A stretch of DNA of 64,000 nt from an uncultured Spirochaetaceae bacterium (GTDB taxonomy: Bacteria > Spirochaetota > Spirochaetia > SZUA-6 > DRHE01), in NCBI GenBank assembly GCA_964551205.1, contig CAZKCQ010000001.1:5746-69745 (forward strand), given 5' to 3'. Of the stretch, positions 19,128 through 27,145 are shown one piece after another; within the stretch, counting starts at the first letter, position 1, and each line of letters opens with the position of its first letter. Below the pieces are notes generated by a model that saw only the letters and a program-made list of their open reading frames with translations, searched no databases and was not told the DNA's origin. The translations under genes were made by a program, and so were the position numbers.

Positions 19128-20306
19128 ATGGAAGAGATCAAAAAAATCGGAATTGTCGGATGCGGAAGCATCGCGGAAATCGCCCATCTTCCCTCAATCG
19201 CCAAATGCGAGCAGGTAAAATTGGAAGCGCTCTGCGATGTCGACTCGGACAGGGCGGAGAGCCTGGCGAAGAAGTGGGATGCGGCCAAATGGTACCACGA
19301 CTACCGGGATATGTTTTCCGAGACCGATCTAGATGCGGTCATTATCGCTACCCCCAATAATTTCCATCGCAATCAGGTTGTGGCCGCAGCAAAGGCCGGC
19401 GTAGATGTGCTGGTGGAAAAACCCATGGCCGGCACCAACAGGGAAGCCTGGGAAATGGTCGAAGCCTGCAAAAAGGCAAAGGTGAAGCTGATGGTGGGTT
19501 GTGACCGCCGCTATTGGATTCACAATCAATGGGCAAAAGAGCTGATCGAGGCGGGTGTGATCGGGGAGCTCCTGATGAGCCGATCTTGCCTGCACGAACA
19601 CTGGTACCTGTATCAAAATCATGTGGCCAAGACGGGTTTTCGACTGGATGCGGCGATGACCGGCGGCGCGGCGTTGAACGACACCGGGGCACATGCGATT
19701 GATTTACTCGTGTGGCTGAATGGAAGCAGGGTAAAGCGGGTCGTAGGTGTTGCCAAGCGTCTAGCCATGCCGGAAAGCTATACGAAGAACGACGATACCG
19801 CGCTCATGATGCTGGAGCTCGAAAACGGAGCATTCGGGACGGTCAGCTGTAATCGATTTTCACCGGCGGTGAACCAGAACACGGAGCTGTGCGGAACCGA
19901 AGGGACCATCTTCACTTGCACCGATGCAACAAATCCGTTTCAGACCTGGCCTATGGCCGTGTATACAAACAAGGAATACTCGCTCCACACGTTGCCCCAG
20001 GTGCTCAAAAACTATCGCTGGCCGGAGCTGTTCTGGGTCGAAGATATACAGAACGAAAGCGTAAGGAAGCGGTGGGTACCGATTTGTCCGCCCCGCCATC
20101 CGAATAACTACGAACGCATGCTCGACCATTTCCTGGACTGCATAACCAACAACAAGCAACCCTTGACCTCAGGGGAGGACGGCGCCCGGGCCGTCGAGGT
20201 CATGTGTGCAGTGTTGAAGAGCCAGGAGAGCGGACGGTGGGTTGATCTTCCTTTGGAGGAAGAAATCGTTCCGAAATATTACAAACCTCTGCCGCTGGAG
20301 GAGTAG
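19128..20306 (+). CDS. Gfo/Idh/MocA family oxidoreductase
   Basis: 'IGIVGCGSIAEIAHLPS...ALCDV' and 'VEKPMA' motifs. Length is 392 aa. Confidence 0.85.
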   Translation: MEEIKKIGIVGCGSIAEIAHLPSIAKCEQVKLEALCDVDSDRAESLAKKWDAAKWYHDYRDMFSETDLDAVIIATPNNFHRNQVVAAAKAGVDVLVEKPMAGTNREAWEMVEACKKAKVKLMVGCDRRYWIHNQWAKELIEAGVIGELLMSRSCLHEHWYLYQNHVAKTGFRLDAAMTGGAALNDTGAHAIDLLVWLNGSRVKRVVGVAKRLAMPESYTKNDDTALMMLELENGAFGTVSCNRFSPAVNQNTELCGTEGTIFTCTDATNPFQTWPMAVYTNKEYSLHTLPQVLKNYRWPELFWVEDIQNESVRKRWVPICPPRHPNNYERMLDHFLDCITNNKQPLTSGEDGARAVEVMCAVLKSQESGRWVDLPLEEEIVPKYYKPLPLEE

Positions 20307-20310
20307 AGCA

Positions 20311-21291
20311 ATGAAAAAGGTGCTTGTTACCGGGGCCGCCGGTTTCGTGGGAGGAGAACTTGTAAAACAACTAGAGGAAAAGGGAGTGGAGGTTGTCGGG
20401 CTGGGTCGATCCAAGCCTCCTGAAAACGGGCAATTTATCAGGGCGGATATAACCGACGCGGCCGCCCTCGATGATGCGGTCAAAGATTACTCGTTTGACA
20501 CGATCATGCATCTGGCCTCCCTTCCTGGTGATACGGGTAATCCCCGGGAAATGATTCAGGTCAACGTGAATGGATTACAGAATATCTTGGAAATAGCACG
20601 CAGGATGGAAGTGCAGCGTTTTGTGCTGGCCAGCAGCATATCCGCCTATGAATGGTACCCGGCTACCGAATTCAATCCGCCCGACTACCTGCCCGTTGAC
20701 GAAGATCACCCCTGCCGTCCCAAAGACATGTATTCCACCTCAAAACATATGCAGGAGCTTCTATCTCTTACCTATTTTCGGCAGTACGATGTACCCGCGG
20801 TGATCCTGCGCCTGACCGCCGTAGTGGGTCCGGCGGGGAGAGGGGGAGGCAGAGGGTGGCGTGATTTCGCCGAACAGATGGCGGAGGGTAAATCGGTTCA
20901 GATACCCCATTTTTCGGGGGATGAGATGTGCCATTACGTGGATATCAGAGATGTAGCCCGTATGTTCGTCGCCGCGGCAGAGCGTCAAAAGGCAATCGGT
21001 CATATCTTCAATTGCTGCGGACCGCGCTCAACAAGAGGATCGGACTTTGCCAGGGCTATAGCAGATATCGTACCGGGTATCAAGGTTGAATTCGGCTATC
21101 CCTGGAGTATGGCTCAAGGCAAACAACTATGCTTCAGCATGCACAAAGCCAAGGAGTTGATCGGTTACGAGCCGAAATTCGGAATAGACGATTCACTGCG
21201 CTATATCAAGGACTGGATCGAAACCGGCGGCTTGCAACAGATGAAAAGAACCGACAAGAAAACATACGGTCACGGCATCCAAAAAAGATAA
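20311..21291 (+). CDS. NAD-dependent epimerase/dehydratase (SDR-extended) family protein
   Basis: Internal ATG at 20311 with a GGAGGAG RBS. 'MKKVLVTGAAGFVGGELVKQL' is the GxxGxxG NAD-binding motif, and 'YSTSK' gives the catalytic YxxxK. Confidence 0.8.
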   Translation: MKKVLVTGAAGFVGGELVKQLEEKGVEVVGLGRSKPPENGQFIRADITDAAALDDAVKDYSFDTIMHLASLPGDTGNPREMIQVNVNGLQNILEIARRMEVQRFVLASSISAYEWYPATEFNPPDYLPVDEDHPCRPKDMYSTSKHMQELLSLTYFRQYDVPAVILRLTAVVGPAGRGGGRGWRDFAEQMAEGKSVQIPHFSGDEMCHYVDIRDVARMFVAAAERQKAIGHIFNCCGPRSTRGSDFARAIADIVPGIKVEFGYPWSMAQGKQLCFSMHKAKELIGYEPKFGIDDSLRYIKDWIETGGLQQMKRTDKKTYGHGIQKR

Positions 21292-21428
21292 CCAGGACCC
21301 CGGATAACAACATTTTTTATTCCGTGCGATAAAATCAGTCGTAACAGGTGGAATTGGTTGAAAAATAGAAGAGTTTTCTGTTTACTTCAGGACAGACAGG
21401 ACGCACATCTTTAGGGGAGACGCCTGGA

Positions 21429-22376
21429 ATGATAGTCGTACAGGGCTTGAGCAAGCGCTACGGACAGCATACCGCCGTCGATGCTATCAGCTTCAAAGTG
21501 GAGGAAGGCGAGATCGTGGGCTTTCTAGGACCCAACGGCGCCGGTAAGACCACAACCATGAACATCATCACCGGCTACATCTCGGCCACGGAAGGCAAAG
21601 CCACGGTCGCCGGGTATGACATCCTCGAGAATCCGTTGGAAGTGAAGCGGACAATCGGCTACCTGCCCGAAGCTCCTCCCCTGTACCTGGATATGACGGT
21701 TCGGGAATATTTGGGCTTCGCGGCAAAAATCAAGCGGGTCGGGAAGGCGCAACGGCAAGGGAACCTGGATACGATCATGGATCTGGTGAAGATCGCCGAT
21801 GTTCGGGGGCGGCTCATCAAAAATCTGTCCAAGGGGTACCGCCAACGGGTCGGCCTTGCGCAGGCCCTGATCGGCGATCCTCCGGTGCTGATCCTGGATG
21901 AGCCCACCATCGGCCTGGACCCCAAACAGATCATCGAGATCCGCAACCTGATCAAAGAGCTGGGACACGAGCGAACCATCATCCTGAGCTCCCACATCCT
22001 TCCCGAGGTTACGGAAATCTGCCAGCGGGTTCTCATTATCCACCGGGGCAGGATCGTGGCCGAAGACACGATCGAAAACCTGTCCGCCGGGCTGAGCGGG
22101 CGCAGCCGCTTGGCGATCCGGGTGGCCGGAAGCGAAAAAGAGGCTCTGAAAATCTGCCGCTCCATTCCGAGCGTCAAATCGGCGGAATCGGCGGGCTGCC
22201 GGGAGCCCGACACGATCGACCTCTTAATCGAGGCGAACGAGGACCAGGACATCCGCAGACCGCTGTTTCGGGAGATGGCTGAACACGACCTTCCGATCCT
22301 GATGATGCGGTCTGTAGACTATAGCCTGGAGGACATCTTCATCCAGCTGACCACCGATGAGAAGGGGGTATCCTGA
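21429..22376 (+). CDS. ABC transporter ATP-binding protein (ABC-2 type, GldA-like)
   Basis: Walker A 'GPNGAGKTT', signature 'LSKGYRQRVGLAQAL', Walker B 'ILDEPTIGLD'. Confidence 0.85.
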   Translation: MIVVQGLSKRYGQHTAVDAISFKVEEGEIVGFLGPNGAGKTTTMNIITGYISATEGKATVAGYDILENPLEVKRTIGYLPEAPPLYLDMTVREYLGFAAKIKRVGKAQRQGNLDTIMDLVKIADVRGRLIKNLSKGYRQRVGLAQALIGDPPVLILDEPTIGLDPKQIIEIRNLIKELGHERTIILSSHILPEVTEICQRVLIIHRGRIVAEDTIENLSAGLSGRSRLAIRVAGSEKEALKICRSIPSVKSAESAGCREPDTIDLLIEANEDQDIRRPLFREMAEHDLPILMMRSVDYSLEDIFIQLTTDEKGVS

Positions 22377-22378
22377 CC

Positions 22379-23242
22379 ATGCTCGCCGTATTCACCCGAG
22401 AGCTCTCCGCCTTCTTCAAAAGCATCACCGGCTTCATCTTCATGGGCATCTTTCTGCTCATCACCGGCATCTTCTTCATGTCCGACAACCTCATTCCCCA
22501 AAGCCCGAACTACCTGAGCGTCCTGGGAGGGATAACCTTCGTATTCCTCGTGGTGGTGCCGATTCTAACCATGCGAATGCTCTCCGAAGAGCACCATCAG
22601 AAAACCGACCAGCTGCTTCTGACCAGCCCCTTGAGCATCGGCAGCATCGTCATGGGGAAATATCTGGCCGGAGTCGCTGTTTTTCTGATCACTCTGATCA
22701 TCACCCTCCTCTACCCGCTTCAGCTGAGCCTGGTGGGCTCGGTTTCCGTATCGGAGATCGCCGGGGGCTACATCGGGATCTTCCTGCTGGGATGCGCCTT
22801 TATCGCCATCGGGCTGTTCGTCTCCTCCCTTACGGAAAATCAGGTTGTAGCCGCGGTGGTGACCTTCGGGCTCCTCCTCCTGTTGTGGATCCTGGATTTC
22901 CTTCAGCAGGGACTGCCCGGAGACCGCTTTTCCGGAATCGTATTCGCCATCCTGATCGTAGTCGCCGTGGCGATCTTCCTCTACTTCACGATCCGGAATG
23001 TTTTCATAGCGGCGGCGGCAACCATAGTGGGGGGCGGTTTCATCGCCGTGCTCTCCGTCGTTCGACCGGCGAGCTTTGACGGTTTGATCGTGCGGGTGTT
23101 GAAATGGTTTTCTCTGCTGGCCCGTTATCGGGACTTTACCGGGGGATTGCTCAAGTTGAGCTCGGTGGTCTACTACCTCAGCTTCACCGCCGTGTTCCTC
23201 TTCCTGACCGTCCGCTCGCTGGACGCCCGGCGTTGGAAGTAG
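22379..23242 (+). CDS. ABC-2 family transporter permease (GldF-like)
   Basis: Six hydrophobic helices. Translationally coupled to the ATPase, with the start 2 nt after its stop. Confidence 0.7.
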   Translation: MLAVFTRELSAFFKSITGFIFMGIFLLITGIFFMSDNLIPQSPNYLSVLGGITFVFLVVVPILTMRMLSEEHHQKTDQLLLTSPLSIGSIVMGKYLAGVAVFLITLIITLLYPLQLSLVGSVSVSEIAGGYIGIFLLGCAFIAIGLFVSSLTENQVVAAVVTFGLLLLLWILDFLQQGLPGDRFSGIVFAILIVVAVAIFLYFTIRNVFIAAAATIVGGGFIAVLSVVRPASFDGLIVRVLKWFSLLARYRDFTGGLLKLSSVVYYLSFTAVFLFLTVRSLDARRWK

Positions 23243-23252
23243 GGAGGGGAAG

Positions 23253-24716
23253 ATGAAGAGTCGGAAACTGCTTGAATCCGTCAAGGATCCGAAGTTTCGC
23301 CACGGAGGGTATGCGGCGCTGGTGACAGCCATGGCCATCGCTCTGGTCATCGTCGTCAACGTCCTGGTGGACCGAATCCCCGCTGTCGTGGATCTGACCC
23401 GGGAAAAATTGTTCAGCCTCTCCGAACAGAGCATCCGCATCCTGGAAAACCTGGATCGGCCGGTCACGATCTACGGTTTGTTCGAAGCGGGGAAGGAGCC
23501 CGTGTTCATCGACGAAATCCTGCGACAGTATGCGGCGGCATCGCGTCGAATCGAACTGAAATACATCGATCCGATCCGTAATCCCGGTATCCTCAGCAGG
23601 TACCGGGTCAGCGAATCCACACCGGGTGAAAACAGCATCATCGTGGAGATGGGCGAGAAGTTCCGGGTCCTCAGCCAGTTCGATCTGTTCAACTACAGCG
23701 CCCCATCTGAGGAAAACCCCTTCGCTGCCCGCCAGGCTCAATCGCTGCGAGCCGAACAGAAACTGACCGGAGCGATCCTCTATCTGAGCGGTGAAGATAC
23801 ACCGGTGGCGTACGTTCTACGGGGACACAGAGAGGAGGAGGTGCCGTATGAGCTTCTGCAGCAGCTGGAGGAGGAGAATTACTCCTTCATCGATTTGGAC
23901 CTTCTTTCAGCGAAGGAAGTTCCGGAGGATGCGGATCTGCTGCTGGTGGTAAGTCCGGGGGAGGACCTGACGGATCAGGAGCAGGGCAGTATCCGCGAGT
24001 TTCTTCTGGATAGAGGCGGACGGGCATTCTTCATGATAGATCTTCTTTCCTCCGGTGTGAAACTGTCCAATTTCGAGGGCATTTTCCGCAGCTACGGCAT
24101 TGAACTGGAACGTGTACTGGTATTTGAAGAGGATCCCGGATTTCATCTGCCCCAGCTTTCGATCGGATTGATCCCCGACATCGAGGTGCACTCGATAACA
24201 GCCGACCTGATTACCGATGAACTGGCCGTGCTCTTTCCCCGCTCCCAGGCGATCGCCGAGCTGCCGACCAAGCGCCGAACCGTTACTGTAGAGCCGCTGT
24301 TGGTGACCTCCCCCAAAGCCTGGGGCAAGGTTGATCTGGACGACCGCTCCCTCGAACCCTCGGAAGAGGATCTTAGGGGACCATTTAATGTTGCGGTGGC
24401 TGTCACCGACAGCGGTGAGGGAGAAGCCCCGGAATCCCGCATCGTGGTGACCGCCTCATCGTTTTTCCTGTATCCGGAACGGGGCATCGGCATTCCGCTG
24501 AAAGGTCCCGGCAACGCGGATCTGTTCTACAACTCAGTCAGCTGGCTGCACGGGAGGGAGGAGACGATCTCCATCCGCGCAAAGAGCCTGCTCGAGTTTC
24601 CTCTGAGAATGAACCAGCTGCAGTTCTTCCTGTTCGCGGGAATCTCGGTCATTCTCATTCCCCTGATCGTGCTGGTCAGCGGATTGGTGATCTGGCTGAG
24701 GAGGCGCCATCTGTGA
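23253..24716 (+). CDS. GldG-like ABC-transporter auxiliary protein
   Basis: 487 aa with an N-terminal TM helix and a C-terminal TM helix 'FLFAGISVILIPLIVLVSGLVIWL'. The architecture and position after the ABC-2 permease match the Gldg family. Confidence 0.65.
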   Translation: MKSRKLLESVKDPKFRHGGYAALVTAMAIALVIVVNVLVDRIPAVVDLTREKLFSLSEQSIRILENLDRPVTIYGLFEAGKEPVFIDEILRQYAAASRRIELKYIDPIRNPGILSRYRVSESTPGENSIIVEMGEKFRVLSQFDLFNYSAPSEENPFAARQAQSLRAEQKLTGAILYLSGEDTPVAYVLRGHREEEVPYELLQQLEEENYSFIDLDLLSAKEVPEDADLLLVVSPGEDLTDQEQGSIREFLLDRGGRAFFMIDLLSSGVKLSNFEGIFRSYGIELERVLVFEEDPGFHLPQLSIGLIPDIEVHSITADLITDELAVLFPRSQAIAELPTKRRTVTVEPLLVTSPKAWGKVDLDDRSLEPSEEDLRGPFNVAVAVTDSGEGEAPESRIVVTASSFFLYPERGIGIPLKGPGNADLFYNSVSWLHGREETISIRAKSLLEFPLRMNQLQFFLFAGISVILIPLIVLVSGLVIWLRRRHL

Positions 24717-26122
24717 GGCGGCCGTTCATCCTCATCGGGCTGACCGTCGTACTGGTAGCGGCAATCGTTCTCACCTTCGTGGTCACCAGACGGCAGAAAG
24801 CTGCAGAGAATCCGGCCGAGGCCGAAGAAGTCCAGGCGGAGGAGCACGTCGAGATTTCCCTGGTCGAGCCCGCGGCGGTGCGGGACATCGAGCTCGTGTC
24901 GGCAGAGCGAAGGCTGCGGCTGCATAATACCGACGGCAGCTGGCGACTGGACCATCCCGACCCGATCGAGATAGACCCGACGGCAGTGGAAGATCTGGTG
25001 TACACCTTTGCCCGGCTGCCGGCGGAGAAAGTGATCGACCCCAACCCCGAAAATCTGGCACAGTTCGGGCTCGATCCGCCGAAAATCGTGGGCAGGGCTA
25101 CACTGGCTGACGGCAGCGTGATCGAGCTGCGACTCGGCGAGCTCACTGCGGCTGGAAACACCTACTACCTGATGAAGGCGGGGGATCCCGCTGTCTACAC
25201 CGTTTGGGCCAACCACGGCCTTCATCTCTCCTACTCGCCGGATGATCTGCGCAACAAGGATCTGCCCCGTATCGCCAAACAGCATATCCAGCATTTGAAG
25301 ATCAGCCGGCGGGGAGATCGGACCATTGAAATGCAGCAGGTCGATGAAAGCATGTCTAAGCGCTATCCCTTCCTCCAGTCGCGCTACGTGCTGACCAGTC
25401 CCTACCGGGGGCTCCAACCGGTGTCTATGGAGAAACTGTCCCTGTTCCTCAACCGGGTCCCGGTCCAGCTAAAGATCTCCCGCTTCGTAGACGATCATCC
25501 TCAAGACCTCTCCACATACGGTCTGGATCCGCCCCGGGCGGAGGTGATCATCGAGAACCCCGATACCGAGCTTTACCTCCTGATCGGCGATCGCAACAAC
25601 GAATCCCTGGTGTACGCCCGGCGAGGCGAGGGAGGTTCGGTATTTGCTTTGGAGAGCTCCGACCTCGAATTTCTGGAGGTCGAACCCTTCGATATAATCG
25701 AAAAATTTGCCTTCATCCCCTTCATCGATCATGTGGATCGGATCGATCTGCGCATCGCTGAGGAGTCCCACCGGATCGAGCTGATCCGCGGGGACGAGAC
25801 GCCGAATGCTGCCGTCACCTACTTGGTCGATGGTGCCGCTGTAGAGACGACGGCGTTCAAGGAACTGTATCGGAGCCTGGTAGGTCTGGTAGTGGAGGCG
25901 GAAGCTCCCTCACCCCCCTCGAAACAGGGAAAGGCCGTACTGGAATTGATCTACACCCTGAACAGGGGAGAACCGCTGGTCTACCACCTGGAGTTTCTGC
26001 CCTACGATCAGGACTTTTTGGCTGTTTTCAAAAACGACATAGCGGAGTTCCTGATCTCCGGACAGCAGGTGGCGATGCTGGTGCGGAAGGTGGGGGCGTT
26101 TCTTCAAGCCCTTTCGAACTGA
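24713..26122 (+). CDS. DUF4340-like protein (fourth gene of the GldA/F/G-type cluster)
   Basis: N-terminal TM 'PFILIGLTVVLVAAIVL' followed by a repetitive beta-rich domain. Its start overlaps the GldG-like stop. Confidence 0.55.
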   Translation: MRRPFILIGLTVVLVAAIVLTFVVTRRQKAAENPAEAEEVQAEEHVEISLVEPAAVRDIELVSAERRLRLHNTDGSWRLDHPDPIEIDPTAVEDLVYTFARLPAEKVIDPNPENLAQFGLDPPKIVGRATLADGSVIELRLGELTAAGNTYYLMKAGDPAVYTVWANHGLHLSYSPDDLRNKDLPRIAKQHIQHLKISRRGDRTIEMQQVDESMSKRYPFLQSRYVLTSPYRGLQPVSMEKLSLFLNRVPVQLKISRFVDDHPQDLSTYGLDPPRAEVIIENPDTELYLLIGDRNNESLVYARRGEGGSVFALESSDLEFLEVEPFDIIEKFAFIPFIDHVDRIDLRIAEESHRIELIRGDETPNAAVTYLVDGAAVETTAFKELYRSLVGLVVEAEAPSPPSKQGKAVLELIYTLNRGEPLVYHLEFLPYDQDFLAVFKNDIAEFLISGQQVAMLVRKVGAFLQALSN

Positions 26123-26178
26123 CGCACCGACCGCCGCACCACATTACTTTGATTCAATGGCGCCGGCTCACGTCCCCG

Positions 26179-26286
26179 TTACTTCATGCCCACGTTGACC
26201 AGCCGGCGGCCACGGCCTTCCAGTGCGGTAAGGATAACCGCGTTCTTGTCCGCAGCGCTGGTTTCGTTGATAATCGCAATCTTCAT
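26179..26286 (-). pseudogene. 35-codon remnant resembling the N-terminus of an RpiB/LacA/LacB-family sugar-phosphate isomerase
   Basis: Reverse-strand ATG at 26286 with an AAGGAG RBS 7 nt upstream. It translates 'MKIAIINETSAADKNAVILTALEGRGRRLVNVGMK' and then TAA. Full-length family members are about 150 aa. Confidence 0.3.
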
Positions 26287-26493
26287 GTCAGCTCCTTATC
26301 CTCTTCCCGTGCTCAAGAAAAATTTCGATCTTACATAGTGTTGAAGAAACCGGCTACAATACGTCGGGAGAAAATCCATGGATATCGGATTTTCAGAATG
26401 ATTCACATGCTAAAATGGCTTTGATTGTTTATCAATTTCGTGCTACTTTGCCGGGGATCACGAAAACGAGGCTCGAAGTATGCGAGGACAGAA

Positions 26494-27138
26494 ATGAAAG
26501 AACAGTCTGAAAAATATTTTTCGGTTCTGTTCGAGCAGCGACCGGAGCTGATTGCCTGCCGAAGCGCCCTGAAAGCCGCCTTCCAGACGCTGGCGGCCTG
26601 CTTCCGGAGCGGAAACAAGCTGCTGGTCTGCGGCAACGGCGGCAGCGCCGCCGATTCAGAGCATATCGTCGGGGAGCTGATGAAGGGATTTCGTCTCCGC
26701 CGGCCGGTGCCTGAAGCCCGGGTCGCCCGGCTGCGCGGTCTCTACGGTACGGAGGGCGAACAGATCGCCCGCAACCTGCAGGGCGCCCTGCCGGCCATTT
26801 CGCTTGTCAGCCAGATATCCCTGTCCACGGCCATCGCCAACGATGTTTCAGCCGACATGGTCTTTGCCCAGCAGGTGTTCGGCTACGGCCGGCGTGGAGA
26901 CGCGTTGATCGCCATCAGCACCTCCGGCAACGCCGCCAACGTGATCAACGCGATCAAGGTTGCCCGGGCCCTGGAACTGAAGACCATTGCCCTGACCGGA
27001 GAAGGAGGGGCTCTGAAAGAGCTCGCCGAGATCGCCGTCGGGGTTCCCGGAGAGGACACCGCCCGGATCCAGGAGCTTCACATGGCCGTGTATCACACCC
27101 TCTGTGCCGCCCTCGAGGCCGATCTGTTCCCCGGGTAG
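26494..27138 (+). CDS. SIS-domain sedoheptulose-7-phosphate isomerase (GmhA-like)
   Basis: 'LLVCGNGGSAADSEHIVGEL' matches the GmhA motif 'CGNGGSAADAQHFAAEL'. 'AISTSGNAANVINAI' is present. Length is 214 aa. Confidence 0.8.
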   Translation: MKEQSEKYFSVLFEQRPELIACRSALKAAFQTLAACFRSGNKLLVCGNGGSAADSEHIVGELMKGFRLRRPVPEARVARLRGLYGTEGEQIARNLQGALPAISLVSQISLSTAIANDVSADMVFAQQVFGYGRRGDALIAISTSGNAANVINAIKVARALELKTIALTGEGGALKELAEIAVGVPGEDTARIQELHMAVYHTLCAALEADLFPG

Positions 27139-27145
27139 GTGATCG

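Noticed and set aside
22357-23467. Alternative-frame ORFs (240 aa plus strand, 300 aa minus strand) over the ABC-2 permease
   Set aside because: The permease frame gives a coherent six-helix membrane protein coupled to the ATPase, whereas the alternatives are highly charged low-complexity sequences.
26149-26636. Small ORFs (91 aa plus strand, 77 aa minus strand) in the gap before the GmhA-like gene
   Set aside because: No RBS and no motifs. They overlap the better-supported 35-codon RpiB-like stump or the 5' region of the GmhA-like gene, and the ORF-track start of the GmhA-like gene (26425) is better replaced by the ATG at 26494.
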